Assembly: GCA_963715195.1 (NCBI GenBank)
Contig: CAVQRT010000002.1
Location: 224,001 to 288,000, forward strand
Reading direction: 5' to 3'
Length of the DNA: 64,000 nt
Source: Thermodesulfovibrionales bacterium
Lineage (GTDB): Bacteria; Nitrospirota; Thermodesulfovibrionia; Thermodesulfovibrionales; SM23-35
The notes beneath the pieces are model-generated. The model saw only the letters and a list, made by a program, of their open reading frames with translations, was not told where the DNA came from and did no database searches. Below are positions 9,936-20,800 of the stretch, piece after piece. A program made the translations under genes and the position numbers. The stretch's first letter is position 1, and the number at the start of each line of letters is the position of its first letter.

Positions 9936-10385
9936 ATGAACAGACTAAATATTGAAACAGCGGTCGGCATCTTCATTATCATCGGCCTCGCATGCATGGC
10001 CTATCTTGCGGTCAAACTGGGAGATGTAAATCTCTTCGGTACTGAACAGTACGTGGTCAAGGCTCGTTTCACAAATATTGCAGGGCTCAAGGAGGGTTCA
10101 ACCGTTGAGATTGCAGGCGTTCAGGTCGGCAAAGTCTCCAAAATTTATCTCGATAATTATCAGGCGTTTGTTGACCTTATGATTAATCCCGGGATAAAAA
10201 TTCAGGAAGATGCCATCGCGAGCATCAGAACACAGGGCATTATTGGCGACAAGTATGTGAAGATCTCCCCGGGCGGTGCGGAAGAATACATCCAGCCGAA
10301 CGGCCTGCTGACCGAAACGGAATCAACGGTTGATATCGAAGAATTAGTCAGTAAATATATTTTCGAAAAGAAAGAAGAAAAATAG
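9936..10385 (+). CDS. mlaD: MCE-domain protein MlaD
   Basis: N-terminal TM, F.NIAGLK.G..V.IAGVQVG.V, IRTQGIIGDKYV.I.PGG. Confidence 0.92.
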   Translation: MNRLNIETAVGIFIIIGLACMAYLAVKLGDVNLFGTEQYVVKARFTNIAGLKEGSTVEIAGVQVGKVSKIYLDNYQAFVDLMINPGIKIQEDAIASIRTQGIIGDKYVKISPGGAEEYIQPNGLLTETESTVDIEELVSKYIFEKKEEK

Positions 10386-10439
10386 GATAATGATAGTTAG
10401 AAAACTATTAAACCGTTTTCCTAATCTACCAGAAACTCA

Positions 10440-10907
10440 ATGACTGATAACTCAACACATGGCAACCTCTGCAAATTCAGGGACGAGATACCGTTCTCTT
10501 TTCTGAATGAAGAGGACTTCGGGCAAATCGCTTGTTTTTTTGAATCGGTCACGTATCCTGCTAACACAATGATCTTCAAGGAAGGTGACCCCTCCGGTTT
10601 TATCGGGTTTGTTCTTTCCGGAAAACTGGAGGTCAAAAAACAGACCGAATTCAAAGGAAATCAACTGATCATAGCTATTCTGACAAAAGGGTCTCTCATC
10701 GGGGAGCTTTCGATCTTTGATGAGAATCAACGCTCAGCAACCGTTGAAGCCGTCGAAGATGCCTCGGTTCTGATACTGAGGAATGATGCATTTGAAGCGC
10801 TCCTGAAAGAATATCCGGAAATAGGGATTAAACTATTGAAAGGGTTTATCCGCATTCTGGCACTTCGTTTGCGCAAGACAACGGAAAGGCTTACGACAAT
10901 TTTCTGA
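10440..10907 (+). CDS. Stand-alone cyclic-nucleotide-binding domain protein
   Basis: IFKEGD, LSGKLEV, GELSIFD...RSATV.A; no HTH. Confidence 0.85.
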   Translation: MTDNSTHGNLCKFRDEIPFSFLNEEDFGQIACFFESVTYPANTMIFKEGDPSGFIGFVLSGKLEVKKQTEFKGNQLIIAILTKGSLIGELSIFDENQRSATVEAVEDASVLILRNDAFEALLKEYPEIGIKLLKGFIRILALRLRKTTERLTTIF

Positions 10908-10921
10908 TCACAAGAGAAAAG

Positions 10922-11758
10922 TCAGTCCTCAACTTTCTTTTTCCGGTACTGGAGATACGCATCACGGATTGAAACATAAGGGTCGATGGCTGATTTCTTG
11001 AGGTCCTCGTAGTCCCCAATCCGGAAAGAGGTTTCATTTACCTTATCATAAACCGTTATACCCACTGAGGCCTCAGTCGGATTCACGTAGTGAACGGGGT
11101 CCAAAAAACGGTCTCCGATCCGTCCGACTGTATCACGAAGGGATGAGGGGCCGAGGAACGGCCATACCAGGTAAAAACCATGCCCAATTCCGTAGCTGCC
11201 GAGTGTCTGGCCGAGATCTTCGTCCTGTTGCTTGATGCCGAGATCTTCCTTCGCTGCATCAACAAGCCCGCACACACCCGCTGTTGAGTTATAGACGAAA
11301 CGGAGCAGCTCATTTCCAGCATCTTTAATCTTGAACTGCAGGAGACTGCTCACGAAGCGTATAGGGGTTGTGATGTTGTTAAAAAAATTACTGACTGATA
11401 TTCTCGCATCCTCAGGAACAACAATCGAATACCCCTGGGCTAAAGGCTTCATAAGCCAGAAGTAGAGCTTATCATTCACATGATACATTGCCTTGTTCCA
11501 CGGATACAGGGGATCCGCAATCTGCAAGGCCTCTTCCTCCGCCTCTTCTTCGAAGATGTCGCCAGTATCATCAGCCGGGGGGTCGGCCGGCGGTTCTATT
11601 TCCGTCTCATCCATGGCATCTCTATCAGAAGACTTACTGATGTCATCATTCTGAACTGACGGTATACCTTCGGTTGTTGAGGCTATATCAGCAGATACCG
11701 GAAGAGGACTGAGCAGAAAAAAAATGAAGATCAGGGATAAAGGAATCATCGGTTTCAT
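10922..11758 (-). CDS. mlaA: MlaA/VacJ family protein
   Basis: DPLYPWNKAMY..ND, EDLGQTLG.YG, YLVWPFLGPSSLRD, DPY..IRDAYLQ.R. Confidence 0.92.
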   Translation of the reverse strand: MKPMIPLSLIFIFFLLSPLPVSADIASTTEGIPSVQNDDISKSSDRDAMDETEIEPPADPPADDTGDIFEEEAEEEALQIADPLYPWNKAMYHVNDKLYFWLMKPLAQGYSIVVPEDARISVSNFFNNITTPIRFVSSLLQFKIKDAGNELLRFVYNSTAGVCGLVDAAKEDLGIKQQDEDLGQTLGSYGIGHGFYLVWPFLGPSSLRDTVGRIGDRFLDPVHYVNPTEASVGITVYDKVNETSFRIGDYEDLKKSAIDPYVSIRDAYLQYRKKKVED

Positions 11759-11764
11759 GATATT

Positions 11765-12367
11765 TTATGCCTTTCCGGCTTTCTTTCTCAGGGTATCAAG
11801 CAATCCTTCGGGTGATTTATTTCCGAGAATCTGTGAAAACTGGGTGCGATAATTACTGATCAGACTCACACCCTCAATAATAACATCATAGACCCTCCAT
11901 TCGTCTCCCTTCCGGATCATCCGGTAGGAAATCGGGATATCCGCTTTCTTCGTCAAGATCGTAGTCTGAACTTCCGTGGTTTTTTCTGAAAGCGGATTTT
12001 CCCTGTTAAAGAGAATCTTCTCATTGGTATACGACATTATCCTGTCAATATAAGCCCCTTCCAGAATTGATTTGTAGAGTTCGATGAATTCCTTCTGCTG
12101 TTCCGTCCCGAATCTTTTCCAATTCTGCCCCAAGGTCCTCCTCGAAAGCTCGGTGTAGTCGAACATCCTGTCTGAGATGGTCCGAATTTTGTCTTTCTTG
12201 ATCTTTGTCGCTGATTCTCCCTTGAGGGATGAGTCGCGCAATACATCAAGTACTCTGTCAACGTGCCCTTTAACCGTTTCAAGCGGGGTTCCGGCATAAG
12301 CTGCAATAGGGACATGCACCAATACAATGACGAGAACCAGCATACATAATCGTTGTTTCATATTCAC
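11765..12367 (-). CDS. mlaC: MlaC/Ttg2D periplasmic phospholipid-binding protein
   Basis: Signal peptide, FD..ELSRRTLG..W, WRVYDVIIEGVSLISNYR.QF. Confidence 0.92.
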   Translation of the reverse strand: MNMKQRLCMLVLVIVLVHVPIAAYAGTPLETVKGHVDRVLDVLRDSSLKGESATKIKKDKIRTISDRMFDYTELSRRTLGQNWKRFGTEQQKEFIELYKSILEGAYIDRIMSYTNEKILFNRENPLSEKTTEVQTTILTKKADIPISYRMIRKGDEWRVYDVIIEGVSLISNYRTQFSQILGNKSPEGLLDTLRKKAGKA

Positions 12368-12385
12368 CTCCTAAAAATCCACCTG

Positions 12386-12922
12386 TTATTCGATATTCTT
12401 GCGGAAGTTTTTCACAAGTGCTGAAAGATACTGAATAAGTTCTTCGCTTTTATTCCTCTCAAAAAGAATAGCATGTCGTGGTGTTTCGGGTGGTTTCAGT
12501 GATCCGAATATAACAATGTCGGCCACCTGAAGTATCTTTTCTGCACTCTTTTTGGTTTTTTCTTCAGAACCCGAAACAAAAATGACGACATCCGGCTGTA
12601 TGATCTCTATCGGACTATTGCCTTCGATGATAATACCTTCCAGATGAGCTAACATTCCAACTGCCACCGGCAGAATTTCCCTCAACTCTGAGTAAGGTGA
12701 CTTGACCCAGATTACACCGCCGGCACCGGCATCGAGAAACTTCTTTGTGTCTTTTCCTTCTTCAGAGATAACCGCCAAATCATCCACAATTGAAGCATAC
12801 AGGGATGTCTTTGTATATTTTATCGCTCCCCATTCATGAAATGATTTCAGAATAAGGGTTGCGACAGAGGTTTTACCGGCACCGCTGTGACTGCCGCCAA
12901 TGCCGATTATAACGGGTCGCAC
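12386..12922 (-). CDS. P-loop NTPase, MobB-like hypothetical protein
   Basis: GGSHSGAGKTS Walker A, GKDT..FL.AGA, IIEGNS. Confidence 0.6.
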   Translation of the reverse strand: MRPVIIGIGGSHSGAGKTSVATLILKSFHEWGAIKYTKTSLYASIVDDLAVISEEGKDTKKFLDAGAGGVIWVKSPYSELREILPVAVGMLAHLEGIIIEGNSPIEIIQPDVVIFVSGSEEKTKKSAEKILQVADIVIFGSLKPPETPRHAILFERNKSEELIQYLSALVKNFRKNIE

Positions 12923-12923
12923 A

Positions 12924-15329
12924 CTACGTCACACCGGTACCGACCGCCTCAGCATCCTGTTCCTTCCCCACTTCCTTGTAGCCGCACTCTTTCTTATGGC
13001 AGAAGAAGATCAGATCACCATTCTTATTGCGTTTTTCGAGGAGAAAATCGGCGCCGCACTGCGGGCAATTCCTGGAAACAGGTTTATACCATGTAGCAAA
13101 TGTGCACTGAGGATAATTCGCGCAGCTCCAGAACTGTTTTCCCCTTCTCGAACGCTTCTCAACAAGATCACCACCGTCTTTCGGGCATTGAATCCCGGTA
13201 GAGATGGGCTTGGTATTTTTGCACTCAGGATATCGTGCGCACGCGAGGAATTTTCCGAAGCGTCCGGATCTTATGACCATCGGCGAACCGCACTTTTCGC
13301 ACTGCTGGTCGGTCTGCTGGTAATGCTGTTCTCCTGTTTGCCCGTTGCTGTCTTCTCCCTCCTGAAGGATCGGTTTCGTATTCTTGCAGTTCGGGAATCC
13401 GGTGCAGGCCATGAACCTTCCATGCCGTCCCCACCGGTTGACCATGGGGAGCCCGCATTTTTCGCATACGATGTCAGTCGGAATATCCTGGGGTTTTACT
13501 TTGCCGACCGTTGTGAGAGCATTCGTCAGGTCACCATGGAATGGCTTGTAGAAATCCTTTACAACCTTTTCCCACTTTAGCTTGCCATCTTCAATATGGT
13601 CAAGTTCATCCTCCATTTTTGCAGTAAATTTGACATCAAAAAGCCCCTGAAACCTTTCAACGAGATAGTCATTGACAACGACGCCAAGTTCTGTCGGGGA
13701 GAATTTCCCTTCGGTCTTCTGCACATACTTTCTCTCCTGGATCGTAGACAGAATCGTAGCATACGTGCTCGGCCGTCCGATGCCTTTTTCTTCAAGCGCC
13801 TTCACGAGCGTTGCTTCTGTATAGCGGGGCGGGGGTTGAGTGAAATGCTGCTTTGGCAAAAGATTGAGCAGTCTGAGCACCTCTCCTTCTTTTAAAGTGG
13901 GGAGCGTCAGACCATTCTCCTCTTCCATTTCATCCCTGCCTTCCGTGTAAAGGGCCATGAATCCGTCGAAACGTACGACTGTTCCCGTTGTCCTGAATTC
14001 ATACGACGGAGATTCCTGAAGCTCTCCTATCCGTTCTTTTTCAGGTTTCTCGTGATGTTCCTTTTCCGAAGGGGAGGCAGTGGTATTATCATTGATGATA
14101 AATGTAGTCTGTTCCAGCTGTGCCGGCGCCATCTGACTCGAAAGGAAACGATTCCATATCAACATATAAAGGTTATATTGATCTTTCGAGAGAAATCGTT
14201 TAATGGTCTCCGGTTTCCTGTCAGCATATGTCGGCCTGATCGCTTCATGCGCCTCCTGTGCCGATGCCTTGCTTTTATAGACGGGCGGTTTTTCAGGAAC
14301 ATAGTCCCTTCCGAATACCGCCCCGATGAGGCTCCGTGCCCAATCCTGTGCCTCCGAAGCCACCCGGTGAGAATCTGTTCTCATGTAGGTAATAAGTCCG
14401 ACGGAACCTTCATCTCCGAGCTCAACTCCCTCGTACAGTTGCTGCGCTACCATCATGGTTTTCTTGGCCGTGAATTTCAATTTCCGGGCTGCTTCCTGCT
14501 GGAGAGTGCTGGTGATAAAAGGAGGGAATGGCATTTTCTTTCGCTGCTTCCGTTCTATTGTTTTCAATACAAAGGCTTTATGGCGCACATCTTCTGTGAT
14601 CTGTTTCGCGGCAGATTCATCAGGTATCAAGAACCGGGAGTCCTTTTCAGATTTCCGGTTCCCTTCCGTGGAATGACGATCTATTTTTGAAAGCCGTGCC
14701 CAGAAAGCGGGCAGGCTTGAACCTTCGAACTCTCCATTTATACTCCAGTATTCTTCCTGCTTGAACGCCCCGATTTCGCGTTCCCTGTCCACAATCAGTC
14801 GAACGGTGACAGACTGCACCCTTCCTGCGCTTAGCCCTCTGTGCACTTTCCGCCAGAGCAGTGGACTTAGGTTATACCCGACAAGCCTGTCGAGGATTCT
14901 CCTCGCCTGCTGAGCTTCAACCTTCCGCATGTCGATTTTCTGAGGATTGCTGACCGCTTCGCGTACAGCTCTCCCGGTGATCTCATTGAAAACAATCCGG
15001 TAGATCTTTTCATTCAGGTTCTTTGATTTCTTGCCCAAAATTTCAGTCGCAATATGCCATGCAATCGCCTCGCCTTCCCGGTCAGGGTCGGGCGCAAGGA
15101 GCACCATATCTGACTCCCGTGATGCCTTCCTGAGTTCCCTGATAATTTTTTCTTTTCCGGGAATGACAACGTACTGCGGCGTAAAATTGTTTTCCACATC
15201 AACACCGATCTCCTTTGTAGGCAGATCTTTTATGTGACCGATGGAAGCTTTTACCGTATACTCTTTCCCGAGTATTTTATGAATAGTCTTCGCCTTTGCA
15301 GGCGATTCAACAATGACTAAAGCATTCAT
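12924..15329 (-). CDS. topA: DNA topoisomerase I
   Basis: VIVESPAKAK, DPDREGE, SAGRVQS, ITYMRTD, GIGRPSTY, C-terminal C4 zinc ribbons. Confidence 0.97.
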   Translation of the reverse strand: MNALVIVESPAKAKTIHKILGKEYTVKASIGHIKDLPTKEIGVDVENNFTPQYVVIPGKEKIIRELRKASRESDMVLLAPDPDREGEAIAWHIATEILGKKSKNLNEKIYRIVFNEITGRAVREAVSNPQKIDMRKVEAQQARRILDRLVGYNLSPLLWRKVHRGLSAGRVQSVTVRLIVDREREIGAFKQEEYWSINGEFEGSSLPAFWARLSKIDRHSTEGNRKSEKDSRFLIPDESAAKQITEDVRHKAFVLKTIERKQRKKMPFPPFITSTLQQEAARKLKFTAKKTMMVAQQLYEGVELGDEGSVGLITYMRTDSHRVASEAQDWARSLIGAVFGRDYVPEKPPVYKSKASAQEAHEAIRPTYADRKPETIKRFLSKDQYNLYMLIWNRFLSSQMAPAQLEQTTFIINDNTTASPSEKEHHEKPEKERIGELQESPSYEFRTTGTVVRFDGFMALYTEGRDEMEEENGLTLPTLKEGEVLRLLNLLPKQHFTQPPPRYTEATLVKALEEKGIGRPSTYATILSTIQERKYVQKTEGKFSPTELGVVVNDYLVERFQGLFDVKFTAKMEDELDHIEDGKLKWEKVVKDFYKPFHGDLTNALTTVGKVKPQDIPTDIVCEKCGLPMVNRWGRHGRFMACTGFPNCKNTKPILQEGEDSNGQTGEQHYQQTDQQCEKCGSPMVIRSGRFGKFLACARYPECKNTKPISTGIQCPKDGGDLVEKRSRRGKQFWSCANYPQCTFATWYKPVSRNCPQCGADFLLEKRNKNGDLIFFCHKKECGYKEVGKEQDAEAVGTGVT

Positions 15330-16417
15330 GCCAGATAAAACCTCTTTCCTGTAATTTGTTTCACGGCACCCTTCATCTCCAGTCCCAGCAGAACCCCGAG
15401 CACCTTTGATGCGGGCAAGCCGCTCTCCCTTGAAATGTCATCAATCTGCTTCGGCTCGCCTGAAAGGAACGTGCAGAGCCCCTTCTCGTTCTCCGTAATG
15501 TCGATAGCAGCCTTGCCGGCAGCCCTGATAAAGCCTTTCAGGACAGGGGCAAGTTCTTCGACAATATCGTTTGCATGCCTGACCATCGTTGCGCCCCTCC
15601 GGATGAGTTCATTGGTACCCGCCGAGTTTGACGATGTTACGTTGCCCGGGACTGCGAAAACTTCCCTCCCCTGATCCATCGCATATCGCGCTGTTATCAA
15701 TGCCCCGCTGTCCGAGCTTGCCTCCACAACCAGCACACCAAGAGAAAGCCCGCTGATAATTCGGTTCCTCCTGGGAAAGTTATCTTTATCAGGAGGGGTC
15801 CCGGGTGGGAATTCGCTGACGACGCTCCCTGATCCGGCAATTTTTTCCATCAATATTTTATTTTCGGGTGGATACGGCACATCGACTCCGGAGCCGAGCA
15901 CGGCAATAGTTCTTGCCCCTTTGCTCAGCGCTGCTTTATGCGCCAGTGAATCGACGCCCCGCGCCATCCCACTCACAACGGTAAACCCCGAGCGCGCAAG
16001 GTCCCCTGCAATAGTCTCCGCAACAGCAGCTCCGTAGTGTGTCAGGTTGCGCGACCCGACTACGGCAATTGAGTAGCGGTCCTGCGGGATAAGTGACCCC
16101 TTCATATAAAGGACAAGCGGAGCACTATCGGTTTCCCTGAGCATCTCCGGATAGGTTGGACTCTCAAAACTCACAGCCGTTATACCTTTCTGTTCAGCAA
16201 GCTGTACGAGTTTTTCCACATCCTTCCATGAAGAAAACTCCTTTATGCTCTTTGCCCTGTTTTTTCCTATATTCTCTATCTCGAGCAGTTCAACGAACTG
16301 CGCGTCAAAAATTTTCTCCGGGGTTCCGAAAGCCGAAAGTAATTTCTTTACACTTGCAGTCCCTACATCCGGCAACAGTGAGAGGGCAACCCAGTATCTT
16401 AAATCCGCCATGACCAC
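15326..16417 (-). CDS. dprA: DNA-processing protein DprA
   Basis: AVVGSR, VSGMARGVD..AH, FPRRNRIISGLS, SGALITA. Confidence 0.96.
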   Translation of the reverse strand: MVMADLRYWVALSLLPDVGTASVKKLLSAFGTPEKIFDAQFVELLEIENIGKNRAKSIKEFSSWKDVEKLVQLAEQKGITAVSFESPTYPEMLRETDSAPLVLYMKGSLIPQDRYSIAVVGSRNLTHYGAAVAETIAGDLARSGFTVVSGMARGVDSLAHKAALSKGARTIAVLGSGVDVPYPPENKILMEKIAGSGSVVSEFPPGTPPDKDNFPRRNRIISGLSLGVLVVEASSDSGALITARYAMDQGREVFAVPGNVTSSNSAGTNELIRRGATMVRHANDIVEELAPVLKGFIRAAGKAAIDITENEKGLCTFLSGEPKQIDDISRESGLPASKVLGVLLGLEMKGAVKQITGKRFYLA

Positions 16418-16439
16418 TTCTCATGCAATATATGAAATA

Positions 16440-17648
16440 TCATCTGATTAAGGGCTTTTTCAGAGTTGATAATTTTAAACGGAGGGCATTAATCTTAATG
16501 AACCCTGCAGCATCCCTCTGATCATATACTGCTTCCTTTTCAAACGTGGCAAGTTCGGGATTATATAATGAATATGGCGACTTCCTGCCCACCACTGAAG
16601 AACAGCCTTTGTAAAGTCTGACCCTTACCGTCCCCGTCACGTCCCTCTGTGTATCATCGATGAGATTCTGAAGGATTTTTCTTTCTGGTGAGAACCAGTA
16701 TCCGTAATAGACAAGCTCTGCATAACGCATGATGAGGGATTCCTTGAGATGCATGACTTCACGGTCAAGAACGATAGATTCCAGAGCCCTGTGAGCTGCG
16801 TGGAGCACGGTACCTCCGGGCGTTTCATACACCCCCCGTGATTTTATGCCAACATACCTGTTTTCAACGATATCGACTCTTCCGACGCCGTTTTCCCCCG
16901 CAATGGTGTTCAATCTGCTTAACAGGCGTGCTGGAGACATGCGCCGATTATTCACGGCAACGGGATTTCCTTTTTCATAGGAGACAGAAACATATACAGG
17001 CTTGTCAGGAGCCTTTTCCGGCGGCACCGTCATGTCATGCATATCGGCTGGCGGTTCCTGCCAGGGATCTTCAAGGATGCCTCCCTCATAGCTTATGTGG
17101 AAGAGATTCTGGTCAATGCTGTATGGTTTTTCCCTTGTCGCCGTAACCGGGATCCTGTGCTTCCTCGCGTATTGAATCAACGATTGTCTTGAATCAAATG
17201 GCCATTCCCTCCAAGGGGCTATCACGTGTATGTCCGGTTTAAGGGCATAATAGGTAAGTTCAAACCGAACCTGGTCATTTCCCTTGCCTGTCGCACCATG
17301 TGCCACAGACTGTGCATTCTCGGTTACCGCGATCTCTATCTGCTTTTTTGCTATCAGAGGGCGTGCAATAGAAGTCCCCAGGAGATACGATCCCTCATAG
17401 ACAGCATTTGCCCTCAGCATCGGGAATATGTAGTCTTTAACAAACTCCTCCCTCAAATCTTCCACGTACACTTTCGACGCACCCGTCCTGATCGCCTTTG
17501 CTCTGAGGACATCAAGATCCTCACCCTGCCCGAGATCTGCACAAAATGCAATAATCCGGGCTTTGTAGGCATTCTTCAACCAGTGTATCGCTACAGAGGT
17601 GTCGAGCCCACCGGAGTATGCAAGCACGATCTTGTTTGTCATCATCAT
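16440..17648 (-). CDS. argG: Argininosuccinate synthase
   Basis: [34 protein letters not shown]. Confidence 0.97.
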   Translation of the reverse strand: MMMTNKIVLAYSGGLDTSVAIHWLKNAYKARIIAFCADLGQGEDLDVLRAKAIRTGASKVYVEDLREEFVKDYIFPMLRANAVYEGSYLLGTSIARPLIAKKQIEIAVTENAQSVAHGATGKGNDQVRFELTYYALKPDIHVIAPWREWPFDSRQSLIQYARKHRIPVTATREKPYSIDQNLFHISYEGGILEDPWQEPPADMHDMTVPPEKAPDKPVYVSVSYEKGNPVAVNNRRMSPARLLSRLNTIAGENGVGRVDIVENRYVGIKSRGVYETPGGTVLHAAHRALESIVLDREVMHLKESLIMRYAELVYYGYWFSPERKILQNLIDDTQRDVTGTVRVRLYKGCSSVVGRKSPYSLYNPELATFEKEAVYDQRDAAGFIKINALRLKLSTLKKPLIR

Positions 17649-17781
17649 CCTCCGATACAGTATTTTTCAGACAGGGGAAGAGCATCTGCCCGGCAAAATA
17701 TAACGGTAGCACAAATGACGAAAAAAAGTAAAACCAGCAACCTTCCATTGTAAAGAGGCGTTGCGAACGATAAAACAATCC

Positions 17782-17866
17782 AGACAGGGGCCGAGGCTTT
17801 AAGAATCCAAGGATCCAAGTGTCTTAGAGATTTTCACTTGAACCCTTGCATCCTCGGCCCCTGTCT
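17782..17866. repeat. Octamer-type palindromic element downstream of pilY1 copy 1 (possible terminator or mRNA-stabilising hairpin)
   Basis: 15-bp perfect IR AGACAGGGGCCGAGG/CCTCGGCCCCTGTCT enclosing CAAGGATCCAAGTG/CACTTGAACCCTTG. Confidence 0.75.
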
Positions 17867-17869
17867 CTT

Positions 17870-20800
17870 TTACTTTTTCAGCCAGTGGACGATCTTTGAA
17901 ACAATCGATAGCAAGGGCTGATTTTCTGCCTCCGCCATCCGACCGGTTGCAAGCTGGATATTCTTCTGCAGCTGTTCACTCCCGTCTTTGGGCGGTTGAA
18001 TCATAATCGCGTCACCAGCCGGTGGCGCCCCGCTGCCCAAACTAATGCTTTTATGGACGGTAACACTGCCGCCCGTGCCGGTTGAAATTTCAGGGGAGCG
18101 GATTGCTACGCGTGCAGGAGCTAATCCGGTTGTGTAACTGACAGAATACAGATATGAATCCCCGCCATAGGTGCAGGGGTCTGAGTCGGGTCTGTAGGAA
18201 AGGAAATCCAGAATCCCCCCAACAGCAACTGGACGCGAGATGACCCGCTCCCTGCCCGATAGAGAGATTCTCCATCCCGGATCAGTGCTGGTTAGAGTAG
18301 TTGATGCCGGTTTCACTGCAGTTACAATGTCTCTGAACCGGAAGCTTTTCATCTCCGCATCATACCCGCACACTCTATCAGTTCCCGTAACAACCCCGTT
18401 TGTCAGTACATTTGTTGCATCAAACAGGGATGCTTCATTGATAAGATCATTCTTATCCTGAAGTCCGAAAACAATCTGCTGTGATTCATCTGTTTCGTCA
18501 ACATCGCTAAAATACTTCCCGGACCCCGCATAAACCCAAATAGCGCCTTTCGTATCCTTCGCGGCCTCGGGAGAGGCAGTGAACGGGTACTTACCGGAAA
18601 ACAAAACATTCCCAAAGGAAGAACTCCATGCAACATCTGCCCCTGACGCCTCGAGGACTGCCGGCACATTGAGGCTCATCATTTTGCCCATCCATGCCGT
18701 ATTGGACTGAAAGCTTGTGCCAAAGTATATTTTTTCTGTTATGTAATCCTTGTCCGCATCAATTGCGAGCAGGTCAGCGACTATAGCAGGATGGTCAAGG
18801 GTTATCTTTTTTACGAGGTCGCCTGTCCCGAGATTCAGGATATAAAGACAGCCCGGTGCGCTTCTTCCGATATCATCCCCAGCTTTCGGAAGCACCTTTG
18901 ATCCGGACCCCAGAATGACATACCATTTCCCGTTCTGCATTTTGTCTCCTGTCCTTACTATGGCAGGCGCTGATGCGGCAAACCCCATGTCATCGTCCGA
19001 GAATTCCCAAAGCGGGACAGGTCTTTCAGGTAAGGTGACATCAAGGGCAAAATAGGATGAGAAGCCCACATCTGCGGGAGCGCCGGCAGGGGGGTCAGCC
19101 GGTCTTCCTCCAGTTCCGCAGGCACCTCCAAATCGCATTCCGCCGAGAAGTATCGTCCTCCAACTATTTTGGTCTTTTGTCGCCCCGGGTCCTCCGCTGA
19201 AACTGACGTCAAATACTTTCACGGAAAGGTCAGTATAATTGATATGGCAATAATCCGGATCAGCGAGGTATTTAATATAGGGGAATGCGTTGAAGGGAAT
19301 ATACGCCCAGATCTCTTCACCAAGCTGCTCGTGCTCACCATCCCCCGAGCCGAAGAAATTTCTCAGGAGCGCCTTAACACTGCCGGCCAGCCCCCCGTCC
19401 TTCAGATATCCGCCCCTGAAGGCATGGAGCATCCCGTCATTTGCACCGGCAAAGACAACCGATGACTTTCTTTGATAACGGTTATCGGCAATATAGTCAT
19501 AATAGCTTCTGTCGGCATAATCAACATGGTATGCATTGAGCGGCATCCCGCCCGATACCTTCGGCGTTGAGTTCATGATATCTCCCAGTTTCCACACCCG
19601 GGATACCCCGTCAATGGCAATCCTCCGGTCCCTGAATGCAGGATTAATCCCGCTGCCGCATGGTGTATCACCCGTAACCCCTGACTCAAGGCATTCACCC
19701 CGTATATATCTCACGATGGCATCAGCAGTATAGTCTGTATCAGGGTTGAGCGCACTCAGCAGCGTCGAATTCATAGCAGTTTGAAATAGGGGGTACGGTG
19801 TTTCAGAGAACGTGTGGGTCACCTTGGCACCTCTGATGATTTTCTTTGATGTGAAAATTATTCGATCTGAAGGTACTCTGAGAGCAAGGCTCCTCCCCGC
19901 TTCCCAGATGGATTTCACATGAGCAGATTCTCTGATCTCAGGATTTGAGCACCGTGCGAAGGTGCCTCCGCCGCCGTCAGACTGTGTGGTAAACAGTGCC
20001 GCTTTGGTTTCGTTGCCCCTGTCAGGAGCAAAAAACTTGACGATTTTATCCTGGTTGAGCATAAGCTTATAATCGTGGACAGAGTCCTCTCTGAGATTGC
20101 CATCCGGGTCTGTCCAGAGACTCTGCATATATCCGGTCCATAAGACCTCGCCAGCCCCTTCCTGTCTCGCCGGCAAAAAAAAAGCCTGCATAATGCCTCC
20201 GGCAGCACCGGCACTGCCTGAGAGCGCGGAAGCTGCCGTGCCCGATGCTGCCTGTGCAGAGATATCAGAGAAGGCTCTTCCAAGTGACAACCGTATTGAC
20301 GGGAAATCTGCTGCTTCAAAATAGGTATCTGGCAGACTGTCACCATTCCTGTCCCACTCATGGCTGAGGTCAGGGAGCCTGTTCCCGTTTGCATCGGCAA
20401 ATCCGCCGTATTTGGAAAATCCTTTCATGATATCCTTTCCGGCTGCAGAACCAAATATATTGACGCTGTAATACTGTATTACCTGAGTGCCGTCCCGGTC
20501 GGCTCTGATGTCGGAAGTATGGGCCTTTCGTATCTCTTCATTGAGATGCTGAGCTGAATAGAGGGCCGGTATATCGGTTGCGTCTCCGCTGCTCAGGCTG
20601 ATGACAAAGTTTTTTCTGCACTGCATGGAATCAACCGGATCCGCGCAGGCACTGCATACCGGGCAACCATTCTTGTAAAATTCGATAGTTCGCAGAACCG
20701 CTTTGCCAAGCGGAGCTTCCACATTCATCTCATCCGGTGCAGCACCTGCTATTGCCCTGTACAAAGCATCCAAAGAATCCGTTTCGCTGATGCAGGAGGT

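Noticed and set aside
14005..14090. Charged loop insertion in TopA as another repeat element
   Set aside because: Purine-rich but I cannot show a clear periodicity.
12900..14690. Long antisense ORFs (e.g. 12900-13580, 14052-14690, also 5719-6378, 9174-9809, 48126-48731)
   Set aside because: Shadow frames of well-conserved genes, with no recognisable motifs.
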